From positions 65,556,919-65,620,918 of the forward strand of contig NC_057718.1 of the NCBI RefSeq assembly GCF_004010195.1: a DNA stretch of 64,000 nt, in the 5' to 3' direction. Below are positions 52,456-64,000 of this stretch, piece after piece. The position numbers and the translations under genes were made by a program. The DNA is from Chiloscyllium plagiosum (taxonomy: Eukaryota). The first letter of the stretch is position 1, and the number at the start of each line of letters is the position of its first letter. The notes under the pieces were generated by a model, which saw nothing but the letters and a program-made list of their open reading frames with translations, was not told the origin of the DNA and ran no database searches.

Positions 52456-52926
52456 CATATTCTTCACTGAAAGAAGAAATTATTTTGTTCAAATAGCATA
52501 TGGCTCCTAACGTATCGTTGTGTACTGGCTGTTACATACGTTGTTGTTGAATTGCATTGCATTGTACATGGCCAGGTACCTGCTATTAGCAAATACAAAG
52601 TTTTCAAGAAATGTTGCAAGACAACATTTTTTAATTGTTTTGAGTGATTTAAAAAGTTCTTAGCTGAATGTGAAGAGAACTTTATTTCCTTTTCTGAATC
52701 ATTACCACAGCCTTCCAAGGAACTGTCTCCTCTGTTCAGCGAACAAATGTTTTTCTTGTCATGTTGAGCTGTGCCACACCAATGTTCCAAAAATCACAGA
52801 TGTACAAGTCTCTGGAGCTGTCAGAGTTTGGGGATCACTGCAACCTCGTAAACCATGACCTTAATCTTGTATTTGACAACCTGGTTCTCAAATATTCTTG
52901 CTCTCGGTTGCCTAGAGGCTGAACTG

Positions 52927-53519
52927 TGTCATGGAGCAGACCACCCTTCTGTCGCCTCCCACCCCCATCCTATATTAGAGATAGCCTAGACCCCTGCTGT
53001 TTCTTGTTTCTTAAGGCAAGTGTAAGGCATTATGTTCCGGATGCAATTCGATTGGTCAAACTACTCTTTATTCTTACAATATAGTTAAAATACAAACAAA
53101 AGAAAGAAGAATTTAAATAGCTTAACTCTATTGGAAAACTCAACAGAGTAATAGGTTATTTAACTATGAAACAGCAACTGTTCCAATATAGCAACATCCA
53201 GTAAATACACCCTTGGCAAAGGTAAATTAAGTAAAATAGATTGCAATTCTAGCAGCAGGAAGAGAACCCAGGCTTTTAGCTGTAACAAAGAAATAAGCTT
53301 CCACATCCAGCTTCAAGACTGCAACAACTACTGAAAGCCAAAGTTCAAATGCTGCTTCTGGAGGAGCTTGTCCCCACCCATTTGTTCAACTTTTATATTA
53401 AAAAAATCAAAGGTCTCTCAAGCTGTTTACTTTGTTGGCTTGGAACAGACCACTCTTAATTTCTCCATTTAAAAACAAACAGGACAAAATGCATCTCTCA
53501 AAGCCATAGTATTGTTACA
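52927..53519. mobile_element. Possible solo LTR
   Basis: TGT...ACA termini; imperfect 4-bp flanks actg/accg; no coding content. Confidence 0.35.
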
Positions 53520-53589
53520 ACCGGCACATTTTGACTGGATAATAAATTTCATCATTACTGCCTGCCTACGTTAAGAGGAGGCTCCCAGG

Positions 53590-53925
53590 ATAAGGTTATG
53601 AGTCATCATTTGCTCTATTTGTTTCTGTTTCTTAAACCTACTTAGTGACTTGGCCTTCACAGCCTTCTGTGGTAGAGAATTTGAAAAGCTCACTCTCCAT
53701 TGAGGAAAGGAATGCCTCCTCATCTCAGTCCAAATGGCCTGCCACACGTCCTGAGATTGCAACCTGTTGCTCTGACCTACTTATCAGGGGATACATCATC
53801 CCTGTTTCCAATCTGTCTGGTCTTGTCAACATTTTTTATGTTAATCAGAGCCCCTCTGTTTTCTGAACTCTGGTGAACACAGATCCAGTCAGCCCAATCT
53901 CTTCTCGTATAATGAACTTACCATC
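53590..53925 (-). mobile_element. Old CR1 3' fragment
   Basis: EMRRHSF...NSLPQKAVKAKSLSRFK. Confidence 0.65.
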
Positions 53926-54109
53926 CCACGCAACAGCTAGTAAATATCCACTGGTTGGAAGAAGACTGTAGTATGCTGGGCTTTTGGAGAAAATGGCCCA
54001 TTCACCTGTGCTTTGGAGAAGGAGCCACAACTAGTGACCACAAATGTCGTCTGCATTTGGAACTTCAGTTATTCAAATTGAAGTGATTTTAGTTTTAAGT
54101 TAAACAGTT

Positions 54110-55500
54110 TATGCAGTCTGTAAGTTAGCTCGCTGAGATACTTTTCTTATGCTTTTTGTAGTTCTTGGTTGCTGCAGTGTGACATAACTCTTTGAAATAA
54201 TGTCTTAATGCAACATCAACCTGGCTAAAGAAACACTGGCACCAGGACCACAAACACCAGACAGCATCAACTTCATCAGCAAAGACGACATCCTGAAGCT
54301 GTGGACCTGTGCCTCACCATCCACTTCATATTCAATAACAAAACCTGCAAACAAGTCAGCAGAACACCTAAGGGGTCACCAATGTCAGGGCTCACAGCAG
54401 AAGCAGTAATGCAGAGACTTGAACAAGCTGCCCTCCCATCTATCCAACCCAAACTTTGGGTCCGCTATGTAGATGACGCCTTTGTCACCACAAAATAGAA
54501 CAAATTAGAGGAAACCTACAGCACCATCAACAATATCCTGACAGGTGCAAAATTCACAAAAGAGGAGAATGACAACAGACTCCCATTCCTCGATGTGACA
54601 GTTGAACAAAACAGAGAGCTTCAAACCAGCTTCTACAGAAAAACAGCAAATACAGACCAAATATTTCAGAAGAAACCATCCCCACACCCACAAACGGAGC
54701 TGCATTAAGACATTATTTCAATCAGCTACATCACACTGCGGCACCCAAGAACTACAAAAAGCAGAAGAAAAATATCTATACAAGAAAACGCGTACCCAGT
54801 AAACGCAATTCGTCAATTTTCCCAGAAACAAGCCCAAACAAGCAGACAATGCAACCAAAACCTATAGCCACTTTACCTTACATCAAAGACATAGCATAAA
54901 TGACTTCCAAACCCCTTGGAATCATGGTAGCCCACAAACCTACCTACACACTTAAACAGCAACTAATGAACCTAAAGATACCACCAGCAAAACTAATGTC
55001 ATTTACAAGAACAGTTTTTTTTAAAAAAAAAAGCTACATCGGACAAACGAGCAGGAAATTTGCCACCAGAATACATGAACACTAACTGGCCACCAAAAGA
55101 CATGACCCACTCTCACTAGTTTCTATACATATAGACAAAGATATATAACTGGGACAACACACAGATCCTAGAACAGACAAAACAAAGACATGCACGGGAA
55201 TTCTTCGAGGCATGGCATTCTAACCAGAACTCCATCAATAAACACTTTGACTTAGATCCTATCTACCTTCCCTTGGGGGGGAAAAAAGGAACCAAAAATG
55301 ACATCACCCACTTTTTGGAAAAAAAAACTAAGACCTATAAATAGAGATGCAGAACATACCACCAGTGCTTAACCAGAGACTCTCACTGATGATATTGCCT
55401 AGTATTGTGACAAGCATCTGAAAACCAATCTTCAAGCTCAGCAAGCTAATTTGCAAACTTTTATCATTGACCTGAGCTACAGATCTTCTCAAAAGTGGCT
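54110..55500 (+). mobile_element. Penelope-like element (RT C-terminal half, GIY-YIG, terminal repeat) with inverted 5' pieces
   Basis: PKGSPMSG, WVRYVDDAF, LPFLDV, LGIMVAHKPT and YIGQTSR motifs; ~54142-54212 is an inverted copy of ~54701-54772. Confidence 0.88.
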
Positions 55501-56479
55501 ATCTTATGCTGTATTCTGTAGATTATTCCTATGCCTGTGGATTATTTTGCTGGATTTGAGGTGCAGTATTGCAGCAAGAAAAGGATGTGATGACAGAATC
55601 GTGTTTGATTCCATCCCCATTTAGATGAGGTCCGTGGTAATTCTGTTGGAGGGGATCAGGTCATGGTTTGCATATTGTTGTGGAGTAGGCAGAAGATAAG
55701 TTTCTGCAAGTGGGCAAATTGATCCTCGATGGGAAGTATTTTTGAGTAGGAAGAGTTTGGTAGGGGTGCTAAACAGCAATTGATGCTGTTCATGGGATTT
55801 TCCTTTAATATGCTGTGTAATCCATATTTATTACTGTGGATCCCTTACTTTTAATTGACTGGTAGGCCGGAGGACCTTGCAATATTTTTCCTTGTAGCAG
55901 ACGGGAGAGAGTCTCATCTCCTAAATGCTTCAGAAACTTGGATAACTTGCAGCAAATACCTCCGGCACCAGTTCAACACTACCTCTGCAAATTTGGTGGC
56001 ATGAAAGGCAGCCCAACAGCAGTATTCACTACTTTGGATGGGGCATGCCATTCATATGGTTGCTGGTATCTGCAAAACTGTTCTAGCCAGTGCTCCAGCT
56101 TTCACGGCAGGAAATCGCAGAAATAAATGGAAACATTGCTGTGGATGCCTTAAAAATATTTCTAAAAATCCAGCACACTCTCTTATTCACAGCAGTCACT
56201 GGCTTGTGACTGATGAAAGTGTAAAAGGTTAGTTCAGAAAGGCCGTGATCACAGACTTTGACATCTCAATCTTACCTTGGTGCTCTGAGCAGAGGTAGAA
56301 TGCAAGTCTCCAAATGCTACTTCAAACACCATTTGCCCCAACATGGCAGAGTCTGCAGATTGTGAATTGGACTGGAGTCAGAGAAAATCCATGGAACTGG
56401 ACTGGAAGCAAGTCACCTTGAATCCCAAGGAACTGCTTAAGACCACCACATAAATCAACAAAAATGTTCTGCTGAAAGA

Positions 56480-58600
56480 ATTTTTTCATATAGTAAACAT
56501 ATAAATAGTAAAAAGGCTGAAAGAGGAGGGGCAGAGCTGATTAGAGGTTTGCTTGTGGTGGCATTGCGTACTGAGGTTTGAAATGAATCATTCATGTCTT
56601 CCTTTACCCAAATAAGAAGGTACTGCCCAATTCAAAGCAAAGAGGAGACACTTCAGACACTTGAAGACTTTAAAATTGAAGGTGACGCATTGAACAGACT
56701 GTCTGTTCTTAAAGCTGATAAAAACACCAGGTCAGGATAAGATGCATCCATAAGTGCTGAAGGAAGCAAATATGGAAATTGTTAAAATACTAGTTCTTAT
56801 TTTCTAGTTTTCCTCAGGCTAGGTGATAATAGGACTGTGTAATTGCCAATTATTATATCGTTGTTCAAGAAAGGTGTGGAGATGACATTGAATCATAAGG
56901 GCGTGAGTAGGCCACTTGACCCTTCAAGCCTGCTCTATCATTCAATATGAATGATCATGGAGTTCAATATCCTAATCCTACCTTCCCCAGCTCTCCATAT
57001 TCCTTGATCCCTTTAGCCATTCCCTCCTATATCTACCACCTCCATGAAAACATGTTGTTTTGGCTTCACTATCACCAAGTCACTGAAGTCCACAGGCTCA
57101 CCACTCTCTGGATAAAGAAAGTTCCATTCAACTTAGTCCTATCCTTAAACTATTAACTTCTATTTCTGGATCCTCCTGCATTGAACATTCATGTTAGAAT
57201 TTTGTGTGTTTCGGAGATCATTCCACCCCATTCTTCTAGCCTTGCATGAATGCAATCCTAATCGACCTAATCTCTCCACATAAGTCAGTCTTGTCATCCC
57301 AGGAATCAATTTGATAAGCATTCTCTGCACTGCATCCCTAGCAAGAACATTCTTCAGCAAGTACAAATCCGTCTGTGGCAGGAAAGATCCAGAACCACAA
57401 CTTTGGGGCAAATGTAGGTTCGTTAAAGGAAACCGGCATGAATTTAAGGAACGATTGTGTTTAACTAATTGTGTTTAGAGTATTTGAGGAAGTAACAGCA
57501 AAGATTGATTAGGGTAATATTGTTGAAGTGGTGAACATCGACTGCCAACAACAAACCTGTGAGCTGAGTTGTAGCTTTGGGGATAAAAAGGACAGTAGCA
57601 ACATAGGTATAAAATTGTCTGCGTAGCAAGAAACTGTAATGGTTACTGGATGTTTTGAGAAGATTAAAGGAAGATTTGTAATGGTCTTTCCTGGTAGTCT
57701 GTATTAGGGTACTTGCTGTTCCTGGTAAATAAATATGGTCGGTTTCAAAATTGGCAAGTGAACTTTGAAATATTGTGACCTTTGAGCAGGTAAGTCTAAA
57801 ATTTTGAAAGCATTTTAGTTTAGAAAGGTATGTTTGGCATATATTTTCTATTAATTATTATTGAAAATTAGATTTATAGTTTGTGTTAATGTATAGAACT
57901 TTGAAAAGGCATAGATAAAGTGGAATGTGGGGTACATGAAACCCAATACTGATAGGTTAGGGTAGGTTAGCTACACTGTGGAAACAGGCCCTTCGGCCCA
58001 ACAAGTCCACATCGACACTCCGAAGAGCAACCCACCCAGACCCATTCCCTACATTTACTAATTCACCTAACACTATGAGCAATTTAGCATGACCAATTCA
58101 CCTAACCTGCACATCTTTGGACTGTGGGAGGAAACCGAAGCACTCTGAGGAAACCCACACAGACACAGACAGTTGAACCCGGGTCCCTGGCACTGTGAGG
58201 CTGCAGTGCTAACCACTGAGCCACCGTGCCAGGTGTGAAGTGTTATAGTTTGAAGAACACTGGGTGAACAAGAAGAATTTTCAAGTGGATGCAGGAGCAG
58301 AGGGACGTTGGTGTATATGTGTATAAATCATTGAAGGTGGCAGGTCAGGTAAAGAGCAGGATTTCAATAGCATGCAGCATCCTATGATTTATTAATTGGG
58401 ACAATTCCAAGGGACAGTTAGAGATGGGTAATAAATGCTGGATGAGCTAGCATGTCCATACACTTTGATTAAAAATAAAAGAGCTTGTACAAAATGCTTT
58501 TTGGTTTCAGCTGTCGTTTTGCATTCAGTTCTGGGGACCACATTAAAAGAGAAATGCAAAAATATTAGATTGCAGGTAAGATTCACAAAAAAAAAGTGGC
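56480..58600 (+). mobile_element. Heavily decayed CR1 with nested inserts (CR1 fragment ~56890-57360 on -, SINE ~57952-58230)
   Basis: DKTPGQDKMHP-like RT-proximal remnants; inner ORF 57160-57411 has LIPGMTRLTYVERLGRLGL. Confidence 0.6.
57952..58230 (-). mobile_element. HE1-type SINE with internal deletion
   Basis: Reverse complement begins ggcacggtggctcagtggttagcactgc and ends gggccgaagggcctgtttccacagtgtag. Confidence 0.88.
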
Positions 58601-58779
58601 CCTGTAGAACAGACAATCCAGGAAATTCACTGCACAGTGACTCCAGCTGTCTCTGGAGCTTGGAAATCCTGAGGTGGAGACCCTTCCATCACAGCATCTC
58701 CCAAATGGCAAAAAGTGTTGAAGTTCACATAAGGTGCAGGAATTGGAAGAAAAAAGATCATGACCTACTCATCCATAAT

Positions 58780-59095
58780 TAGTCATAGAGATTGTACAGC
58801 ATGGAAACAGACCTTTCGGTCCACCTTGTCCATGCCAACTAAATATCCATCCAGATACCTTTTAAATGCTGTAATCAGACCAGCCTCCACTACATCCTCT
58901 GGCAGTTCATTCCATACACACACCATCCTCTCCGTGATAAAGTTGCCCCTAAGGTCCCTTTCATATCTTTCCCATCTCACCTTAAACCTGTACCCTCTAA
59001 CTCTGGACTCCCCCATCCTGGGAAAAAGACCTTGCCTTTTCACCCTATCCCTGCCCCTCATGGTTATATAAAAACCTTTTATTCGGTCACCTCTG
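58780..59095 (-). mobile_element. CR1 3' fragment
   Basis: GLFPRMGESRVRG...WNELPEDVVEAG. Confidence 0.85.
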
Positions 59096-59099
59096 CAGT

Positions 59100-61610
59100 C
59101 CATATGGTGTCGGTATGCCCACATTACTGTTAGGGGGGGTGGGGGAGGCTGCGTCCTAGGATTTTGGTGTCGCAACAATGAAGGAATGGAACTATAGTTT
59201 CAAGTCAGGATGGTGTGTGGCTTAGAGGGGAATTTTCAACTGGTAGTGCTGTTGCCATGCATCTGCTCCCCTTGTCCCTCTAGTTGTTACAGGTCACTGT
59301 TTGGAAGATGCTGTTGAAGGCGTCTTGGTGAGTTGCTGCAGTACATCTTGTAAATTTTACAGATTACGCAGCATTGGTGTACAGAGATAGCAGAGTGAAT
59401 ACTGAAAACATGCTTCTAATCGAGGAAGCTGATTTATTTTATTATATTCAAGTTTTTTGAATGTTGTTGGAGCTGCACTAATCTAGGCAAGTGAAGAGAA
59501 TTCCATCAGACTCCTGACTTGTGCCTTTAAAGGTGGACGATATTTGTGGAATCAGGTAGTGAGTTATTTGCTGCAGAATTCCCAGGCTATCACCTGCAGA
59601 ATGAGCCAGTGTGTTCATAGGCTGGCCCAGTTCAGTTTCTAGTCATTAATAACATCCAGGATGTTGATAGTGGGGTATTCAGTGATTGCAATGCCTTTGA
59701 TCATCAGATGGTCATTGCTTGGCACTTATGTGGCTCAAATGTTACTTACCACTTATCAGCCCAAACCCGGAGGTTGACCACATCTTTCTGCATGTACATA
59801 CTGACTACATCATTATCTGAGGAATTGTAAAATTATTAAGCATTGTTTAATAATCAATAAACATCGGCACTTCTGACCTGATGATCAAACATCTGAAGAT
59901 GATTGAGCCTTCAGCATTACCCTGAAGAGCTCCTGCAGAACTGTTCTGGGACTGGTTTTTTGGAAGTCGATCATAACCATCATAGAATCAGAGCTGTACA
60001 TCACAGAAACAGACCCTTCAGTTCTCCTGAACCAATGTCCTGCACAACCGCAACATGACCTTCCAACTCCTATACTCAATCCTCTGACCAATAAAGGAAA
60101 GCATACCAAGTACTGCCTTCACTACCCTATCTACCTGCGACTCTACTTTCAAGGAACTATGAACTTGTGCTCAGAGGTCTCTTTGTTCAGCAACACTTTC
60201 CAGGACCTTATCATTAAGGCTTGCTCCGATTTGCTTTTCCAAAATGCAGCACCTCACGTTTATCTAAATTAAATTCCATCTGCCACTCCTCAGCCCATTG
60301 GCTCATCTGATCAAGATCCCATTCTCCTCTCCGGTAACTTTCTTCACTGTCCACTACACCTCCAATTTTGGTTTCATCTGCAAACTTGCTAACTATATTG
60401 CCCATGTTCACTCCAAATCATTTATATAAATGACAGAAAGCAGTGGACCCAGCACCAATCCTTGTGGCACACCACTGGTCACAGGCCTTTAGTCTGAAAA
60501 GCGACCCTCTGTTTTCTACCTTCGAGCCACTTCTGTGTCCAAATGGCTAGTTCTCCCTGTATTCCGTGAGATCTAACCTTGCTAACCAGTCTCCCATGAG
60601 GAACCTTATTGAATGCCTTACTGAAGTCCATATTAATCATGTCCACTGCTCTGCCCTCATCAATCCTTTTTGTTACTTCTTCAAAAAAAACTCAAATTCC
60701 TGAGACATGATTTCCCATGCACAAAGCCACGTTGACTATCCCTGATCAGTACTTGCTTTCCAAATACATGTAAATCCTATCCCTCAGGATTCCCTCCCAC
60801 AAATCATCTTTTGTGCTAGGTATAATTCCAGTCAGCAGTAAGTCCCTCCCCAATTCTGACTCTAGTCTTTTACGGGTTCCTTGAGGCAACAACCAGGCAA
60901 ATGCCGCTTGGATGGCAAGGGTTGGCATTTGTCCTGCTGGGTTCTCTGGAAGAGGCCAAGATGGATTATCTACTCAGCACTCTGAAGATGGTTGCAAATG
61001 CTGATGTGCTGGGCTCTGAGGTCAGAAATATTTGTAGAATCGCCTTCTCCACTGAATTGTTTAATTGTCCACCACCATTCACAATGGCATGCAATAGGAT
61101 GGCAGAGTTTGGATCTAATCCTTTGATTGTGGGATAGTGTATCTCCACTCCTACCATATGCTGCATTTACTTGTTGGCATGCAAGTAATGCTGCATTGTA
61201 TGTTCACCAGGTTGACCCCTCGTTGTTTTGTTGTGCATTGTGTGGTTCTTGATATGCCCTTCTACACTCTTTCATTTGAGCAAGAGTTGTTCACTTGTTT
61301 AGATGGTAATGGTAGAAAGAATGTGTGCTGGGCTGTGAGGTTACAGATGATGGTTGAATGCAATTCTATGATGGCCAAAGGCTTACAGCACCTCTCAAAA
61401 TGCCAGTTTTGAGCTATTAGCTCTTTAAAATGTATCTTTCTAGGCAGGATGTCATTGCAACATGATGGGCAGTATTAATTTCCACATCCACTATGTAGTG
61501 ATCACTTCTACCAATATACTCATGGTCAGATTGGTGAGGATGAGGTCAAGTCGATTCTCTTTCCTCTTATTAGTTCCTTCACCAGCTACCACAGGCCCCA
61601 GTCTAACTCA
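59100..61610 (-). mobile_element. Old CR1/L2-superfamily LINE interrupted by a younger CR1 (~59975-60800)
   Basis: Minus-strand WADKW.VTFEPHKCQAM remnant; 3' end shared with 21040-21230; the inner CR1 shows KFADETKIGG and WAEEWQMEFN. Confidence 0.6.
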
Positions 61611-61749
61611 GTCACTCACTACTCTTCCATTCTCTATTGGAATTTTAATTTGTCAGATCCTAATTTGAAACAATTACCCCACATAAAAATGAAAATCAAA
61701 AAGACATTTTCAGTTGATACAAATGTTATTCTATTCTATTATTGAAAAG

Positions 61750-62620
61750 ACAATGAACAGGACAAATTGGTAATTGGTTTCAGAATGATGGAATCAGATA
61801 GTTGGAACAATTTGAGAAACATGCAATAACCTAGTGTCATTTACCTTGTGCATTTGATACTGGCATGATTAATTCAAGAGACTGCTTTCATTGATTGACA
61901 GATGGGATGGTTGGAGGGATACATGTTGTGTTGATTTCATGAACTGGAGGGAAGATAGGATTATCGAATGCCATGTAGTGGACTTGTAGGCTTTATAGAA
62001 TCCAATCCCTTTGGGATAGGAGAAGCTTAGTGTGGGGAATGAGGCAATGGAAAATGCATTGAACAAATATGTTCTGTTTACTGCAGAAGGCACACTTTTT
62101 CCATTCCAAAATAGATGATAGTCTAAGGGCTAAAACATGAAAAGTCCCTGGACTCGACAGTATGTATGTAAAGATTATAAATATATTTGCAGAGATAGTG
62201 GCTTTGCTAGCCATTATTGTACATAATCGTTTCCATTAAGGAACAGTCCCATCAGATTGGATGTTGACAAAAGTTGCACCACTTTTTAAGAAAGGAAGGA
62301 TGAACTAAACAGAATTGTGGGCTAGCTAGCCAAGCATCACTTTTTGGAAAAATGCTGGGATTTATTATCAAAAAAGTCTTAAAGCTGAACCAGTAGATGT
62401 CATATAGTAGATTTCCAAAAGGCATTGGTTAAGGATCAGCACAATAGATTAAGAGGTGGGATAAAGCCCCAGACTTGTGGATAATATTTTAGCATGGATG
62501 AGAGTATTGATTTAATATTCATTCAGCAGGAAGTTGGCAAAAATGAGATGACATGAATTTGGCAGGTGAATAGTGGAATATTAGTTTGTTCTTGACCTCT
62601 GTTATTTGCAATCTGTGTTG
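61750..62620 (+). mobile_element. Decayed CR1 RT region
   Basis: KVPGLD, VPSDW, VAPLFKKG and DVI..DFQKA remnants. Confidence 0.6.
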
Positions 62621-62649
62621 TCTGTTCAAGTCATAAGAATGAAGAGACA

Positions 62650-64000
62650 AAAGCTATCAGAGAGGCCCGGAGGCTGTACAGGAAAAAGTTAGAGGCCCAA
62701 ACCAACTATAGAGATTTCTGCCACCTGTGGCAACTCTAAAGAACATTACGGGATAGAAAATGAAGCAGAGCGAGATAGCGGACAAAGACATATCTTTCCC
62801 TGATGAGCTCAATGCTTTCTATGCTCAGTTTAAGCAGAATGCCAGTGGCATGGTGTCACGTGCCCTGACAGCCCCAGATGCACCTGTTCCCTCTGACACG
62901 GCTGCAAATGTCAGATTGGCCTTCCTGGGAGTCAACCCAAGGAACGTGGCAGGCCCAGACCGGGTCTCCAGCCGAACACTTAGATCCTGTGCAGACCAAT
63001 TGGTGAAAGCATTCACCGGTATCTTCAACCTGTCCCTCCAATAAGCCAAAGTTCCCACCTGCTTCAAGAAGACCACCATCCCAGTGCCTGAGAAAACATA
63101 TGCAATGTGCCTTAATGACTACCACCCAGTGGCTCTGATCTCCGTTATCGTGAAATGCTTTGAGAGGCTACTGTTCGCCCACATAAACTCTAGTCTCTCA
63201 GCCTGCCTTGATTTCTCTACAATTTGCCTATCGAAGTAACAAGTCCACAGTGGACAGCATTTCCCTAGCCCTACACTTGTCCCTCGAACATCTCGACAAC
63301 AAGGACACTGAAGTCAGGCTCCTACACATCCATTACAGCTCCGCCTTCAACACCATTATCCCCACCACTGGTTGCAAAACTCCAACACCTAGGTCTTGAC
63401 TTCGCCTTCTACAACTGGATCCTCAGCTTTCTGATCCACCGACTGCAGTCAGGTGAAGATAGACCTCCTCCATGTTAACAGTCAACACCGGGGGACCTCA
63501 GCCCCCTACTGTACACCCATACATGTATTACCAAATTCCAAATGAATGCCATCTACAAGTTTGCTGATGACACCACCATGGTAAGCCAGATATCAAACAA
63601 TGAGGAGTCAGAATACAGAAAGGCAATAGAGGGCTTGGTGATGTGGTGCAATTAGAACAACCTCTCTCTCAACATTGGTAAAACTAAAGAACTGATCATT
63701 TTCTTCAGAAAGAAGAGAGGAGAATAGGCCCCCATCAACATCACAAGAGCCGAGGGTGGAGAGTGTTATGTTCCAAGGAGTGATGATAACCGACAACCTG
63801 TCCTGGACTCTCCACGTAGATACAACGGTCAAGAAGACACAGTAGCACTTCTTCCTTCGGGCGGCTCAGGAAATTCGGCATGTCCGCAAGGACCCTTGCC
63901 AACTTTTACAGATGCACTATTTAAAGCATACTGTCCAGGGTGCATAAAAGCCTGGTATGCAACTGCTGTTCCCAGGAATGTAAGAAACTACAGAAAGTTA
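62650..64000 (+). mobile_element. Rex1/Babar-clade LINE RT fragment, decayed, runs off the window end
   Basis: DELNAFYAQF, NPR..AGPD, LRSCADQL...[39 protein letters not shown] and LNIGKTKELI. Confidence 0.85.

Overview
Eukaryotic, repeat-dense intronic DNA. The repeat families (HE1-type SINEs, HER1/CR1 LINEs, DeuSINE relics) point to a cartilaginous fish (shark); this is inferred from recalled family resemblance, not a database search. Only two small coding exons of a host gene are identifiable, both on the + strand (41652-41851 and 51809-51896). They splice in frame and encode the CRIC-domain region of a CNKSR scaffold protein, most like CNKSR3. The rest is intron containing many CR1 fragments, a TSD-flanked, decayed full-length L1-clade element nested in a CR1, two truncated L1s, several Penelope-like (GIY-YIG) fragments, short Penelope-derived inserts carrying minimal hammerhead-ribozyme cores, a Rex1/Babar LINE, a decayed Gypsy integrase, a TA-flanked MITE, two local tandem duplications and two N-gaps. 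Two structures stand out. One is a TSD-bounded composite insertion in which a SINE is fused to two pieces apparently copied from the neighbouring L1, one of them inverted. The other is a pair of independently inserted ~165-bp fold-back elements with a hammerhead-like core in the loop. Most ORFs in the track are TE fragments or spurious.
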